From Klebsormidium nitens (lineage: Eukaryota > Plantae > Klebsormidiophyceae): a DNA stretch of 64,000 bases. A model generated the notes under the pieces. The model ran no database searches, was not told the DNA's origin, and worked only from the letters and a program-made list of their open reading frames with translations. The position numbers and the translations under genes were made by a program. Positions 60,165-64,000 of this stretch are shown here, piece after piece (position 1 is the first letter of the stretch; each line of letters begins with the position of its first letter). The DNA is taken from the NCBI GenBank assembly GCA_000708835.1, contig DF237057.1, positions 124,001 through 188,000 on the forward strand. The letters are read 5' to 3'.

Positions 60165-63100
60165 TCAAAGTAGTCCTCTTGGCCCTCCCACCGCATGCAT
60201 CCTTGCGTTGGGGCTCCGTTTCTTCGGTGGCTGCTCCGTTTCCGGTTCCCCCGAGTTCTTCGACGTCGCCTCGTCCGAGCTCCGTTTCTTCCTCACTTCT
60301 GGATGCCCCCGCGCGGCCTTGTTCACACCAGTCCCGGACACGCTCGGCACCGCCCGGTTCACGACATCCTCCGCATACGGCTCCGCCGGAACGTCCGTCG
60401 ACTGCGGCGAGCCACACTGGCGCTGCCACTGGGCGGCTTTCGCGCCTTCCTCCACCCCCCGCAGATACTGCTCCTGCATGAACTGCCTCGGGAACCGCTC
60501 CTCCGTCACAAACATGCCCCCTCTAGGGTCCTCGCCCAGCCGTGTCAAGTGGGCGGCACCTCTAGAGCTTCTCACGGGGGCCTTCCCGAGGACCGCGTCG
60601 CCGACCGGGCTGCCCAACTCCCGCCGGCGGGCATACGCTATCTCCTCGACCGACTCGTTTCTGGTGGGCACCCGGGCTTCGTCTCCCCGGCCGGGGAGCA
60701 CCGTCAGGTCGTTCTCGCTGTCGGTCCGGCGGACGACGTTGCTGGCGACGCTCGAGTCACATGCGAGGCCCAAATTGCGCCCGAAAGGCAGCATGGGAGA
60801 CGCCCGGAGGTCCCACGTGGGGTAGTTGGCGAAGGCCGCCGGCGGGGGGGGGACCGGTGGCGGGACTCCCAGGGGAGCCTGCAGAGAAGGGGGGGGGGAG
60901 GATTAGGTGCGAGATTGTGGCCGACAGTGACAAGTCGTCTGTTTGAGACTGAGTTGCCAGCTGTCACTGGGGCTGTGACACCTGACAGCTGTCGAGGGGC
61001 CTATGCGCAGTGCGTAATGCCCACAGGCGTCATGCGGAGACTGTCAAGTGCGCGAGATTTACTCCAAAATACTATAGAGGCAGTTTTGTGCGTGATATGA
61101 CGCCCTCAAGGGGAAACGCGCAGCCTGAGCGCTAAGGAAACGTGAGCCTTGATGGCAACATAAAACGCCTTCCTATATCCCCAGGCAATCACCTGCCAGC
61201 ACAATCCTTCTTCTTCTATTGGTGAGGGATAGAAGAACGGAGGTTGATACATCTGAAAGAAGCGATGTGAAGTATCAGCAAAAGCAACCAGCCTTCCATG
61301 TGACCGCTCCGTGGTTATCGACCTGGTCGAGAGCGGAGTCCAAAAAGCATCTTACCACACTCTTACCCTTGCACAGTCAATATGGGCGGCACCTTGAAAT
61401 GGAGCTGTAGAAGTTGTTTTGCTAACGAGAAGCATCACAGTCTGTTTGGTAACTTGACCTACTCCGGCTTCTGAAAGACGCTATAACAACTGTAACCTTG
61501 ACACCTCCACCTCCACAAATGCCAAGGGGTTTCCAACGTAGCAATTGATACCAGTCACAACCTTCGTAGACTACAGATTGCCGACACAGCTCAAACGAGC
61601 GGGAGACAGTCAGACGAAAAGATCGAATTTCCGTGCTCTAGTGTGCAAGCAGCTTACTTTTGGGGTGATGAACTACAAGACCAAAAAAGTCGAGGCGCAC
61701 CCATTATCAGACTAAGAGAAGGATCCTGCAAGGCCGAAGAGCGAGAGGCTATACTGAGCGGGACTAAAGGTCGCATCGCTGTGCAGGCGTCTTGAAAACC
61801 TACCTGCATAGCGCGGAGTTTGTCTCGCGCTGGCACTGTAGCCTTATCCGCTGTCACATACTGCCGCACGGGCCTCCCCCTTCGAGCAAACTCGGCTGCA
61901 GCTCCGCGGGGATCCCCCCACGCAAGCTCTTTCGTATCGGGGGGCACCTGGAGAACAGAATTTTTGACCCCCTGGACCCTGGCATCTGCCGCCCAGCTGA
62001 CGGGAAAGAAGCCGAGGGCGCGCGGATCGGAGGGGTTGAGGGACCTAGGATCGGGGATAGGGTATGCGCCCTGCAGATGGAGGGGGACGGGGAGGCGGGC
62101 CGGGTCATAAGCTATCTGCCCCGGGTCATAAGCGACGGGAGCCACGAGATGTGGCGGTCGGGGGTAGCCGAGCTTCTGGAGGGGGGGAGGGGGAACGAAA
62201 CCCTCGGGCCTTTCGAGGGCGGCGTAATCGTACGCAACAGGAAGCACGAACGAACTTGGATCCATTAGGGGGGGGTCGTGCACGTTGGAGTAGAGCGAAG
62301 AGTCGGGGGCGATCCTGGGGGGGGAAACCGTGAGGGGGTACGGGATGTGCGGATAATGCGCCATTGGGAAGGCTGGTGGAACGCGCGCTTTGCCGTAGGG
62401 GGGGGGAGACAGGTTCGATGGCTCCGTAACAGGGAGCTCGACGGGGTACGGCGTTTCCGGATATGCAATGTGCGGGAACGGAGAGGCCACAAAACCCGGC
62501 TGGCCCCTCGTTCTTGAAACAGGGGGGTGAGGGTCCGTGTCGAGATAGTTCCCCGACGGTGAGACGAGCTTGCCTCCCTCAAAAAGAGGGGGCGGCTGGT
62601 TCAAATCCAGTGACGGCATGAGGGAGGAAATGTCTCTGTCGGTGCGTATTTGGGCGGGACGTTCGCCCTGCGGTTTGGTAGTCCGGTGGGGGAAGGTGTT
62701 CGGGGGGTGGTCCCGACCCAAAGTGAAGACTTCGGGGTGCGTCTCGTAGTAGCCTCGAGCGGCGGGGGGGTCCTTACGCCCCCGGGAGAAGTGGACTGGA
62801 GCAGAGTTGGGGCGTGAGTGAACGCCCTGGAGAATAAGAAGGAATAGCCTTCAGTTAGTAACGGAGAAGGACCGTAAATGAAGAAGGACCGCCAATCAGT
62901 TTGTGATCGGGCGTAGCAAGCCCAAAACCCGCAACAGTCAAACTGACATGCACACTTCCAAGCTGAGACGCTTTTGAAAGGCCCTGTTTAAAGGCGCTGT
63001 GATCATCTTAGCCAGACCATCAGACGAAACAAGAAGCTCATAAACCTTTGGTCTTTACATCAGCTTTGTATATGCGGCTTTTCATGAACGAGTTCGTCGT

Positions 63101-64000
63101 CTTGAATTTGAATGCAGATTGATGCATTGTTTGACAGCGATACCCCGCATAAGGAAAGCGCCCAATTACCTCCTTCATAAAAAGAGCATGCTGAACGGTT
63201 GCTTCCATATTTTTACACTTTTTGAAAGAGCGGACAGCCCTAGCTATTGAGGTGGATGATCCTGATGATTGTACCTGCGAGAAATTAACAAACGATCTTC
63301 CTCGCTTGAAAGGGGTTAAGATGTAGAGGAACTCAAGGACTTGCCTGAACTCATCATCTTCGAGTTCGTGAGAGTCCCGACAGCCTTTTGGACAAGCACA
63401 AAGCAGTCCCTAAGAAACGCATCACAAGCAATCTCTAAGTCATGCAAATCAAGTAGCCTCAAACACGAGAGTTTCGACTTAAGATGATCCGAAGACAATG
63501 ATGCAGAACAGGAGCTTTAAAAGAAGGCTCTAGACGCTTTTCTAGAAATTTCCGAGTGAGAAGCGTCAGACCCTTTCTTTTCAAGTGCCATGCATAGACC
63601 GACCTGGACAAGACGTTTAGCAAACAGACGCCTACCTGCAGAGACGTCCCTGGCGCGATCGGCGTGGAGTTCGGCCACGACAGAGACTGCGACCGTGCAT
63701 CCTCTGCCGCCTCTTCCGGCACCCCCCGGTTCCGTTCATGGGGCAATTGCCACCTCGACGTGGCGTCAGCCCACGAGGGCTGCATAGCCTTCCCCAAGGG
63801 GTTGACTATGCCATGGTTTGCACCCCCCATAACGCGAGGTTTCTGGTCAAAGCCAGCGGCAAACACGTGGGGCGAAAACGGAGACGCCCAGTCTGGAGGA
63901 AGGGCACCGTACGGCGGCGCTGGGACGGCACGGACTGCGCCAAACGGGTACACCATCGGATCGAGGGGGACTTTCGGGTAGGGGGGCACCTTGCTGGGGA
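60165..64000 (-). CDS. Partial Pro-rich, low-complexity protein of unknown function; 5' end lies beyond the window
   Basis: Exons (minus): >64000-63636 (CAG|GTAGGC), optional 63274-63170, 62826-61804 (CAG|GTAGGT), 60878-60165; all phase 0 and open. Basic NLS-like VRKKRS and PPKKRSP near the C-terminus. The exact 3' end is uncertain (possible GTGGGA donor shortly before the stop). Confidence 0.6.

Noticed and set aside
60195-61100. Long plus-strand ORFs (301 and 205 aa), and similar antisense ORFs over 13185-13946, 45724-46233 and 47938-48743
   Set aside because: They are shadows of GC-rich coding exons on the opposite strand or in another frame.

Overview
This is a eukaryotic, intron-rich nuclear window with no prokaryotic operons, CRISPR arrays, rRNA or tRNA. 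The gene mix (plant-type TL29, plastid proteins, plant-type CCCH and bL31m, plus flagellar IFT20) suggests a streptophyte green alga such as Klebsormidium; this is inference. I reconstructed spliced models by hand, checking exon phases. In order: (1) uncharacterised plastid membrane protein (-, 1056-6001); (2) RsgA/YjeQ GTPase (+, 9780-14055); (3) 18-exon voltage-sensor/GYGD/CNBD channel with an IQ motif (+, 17416-35085); (4) TL29/APX4-like lumen protein (-, 36575-41847); (5) triple-CCCH zinc-finger protein (+, 42290-46191); (6) GST with a repetitive N-terminal extension (+, 47994-52010); (7) IFT20 (-, 53694-55364); (8) mitochondrial bL31-like (+, 56098-56298); (9) an orphan starting 168 bp downstream (+, 56467-58484); (10) a partial Pro-rich gene running off the window end (-). 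Two TIR elements and two N gaps are present. The most striking signal is a set of about 12 intronic tandem arrays in three genes, each made of decayed copies of a splice junction (exon edge plus adjacent intron). Several copies show a clear excess of synonymous differences from the working exon. Other highlights are a candidate bicistronic bL31m-orphan locus, the GYGD+CNBD+IQ channel architecture, and a TL29 that keeps the distal His. Family names come from my recall of motifs; no database search was run.
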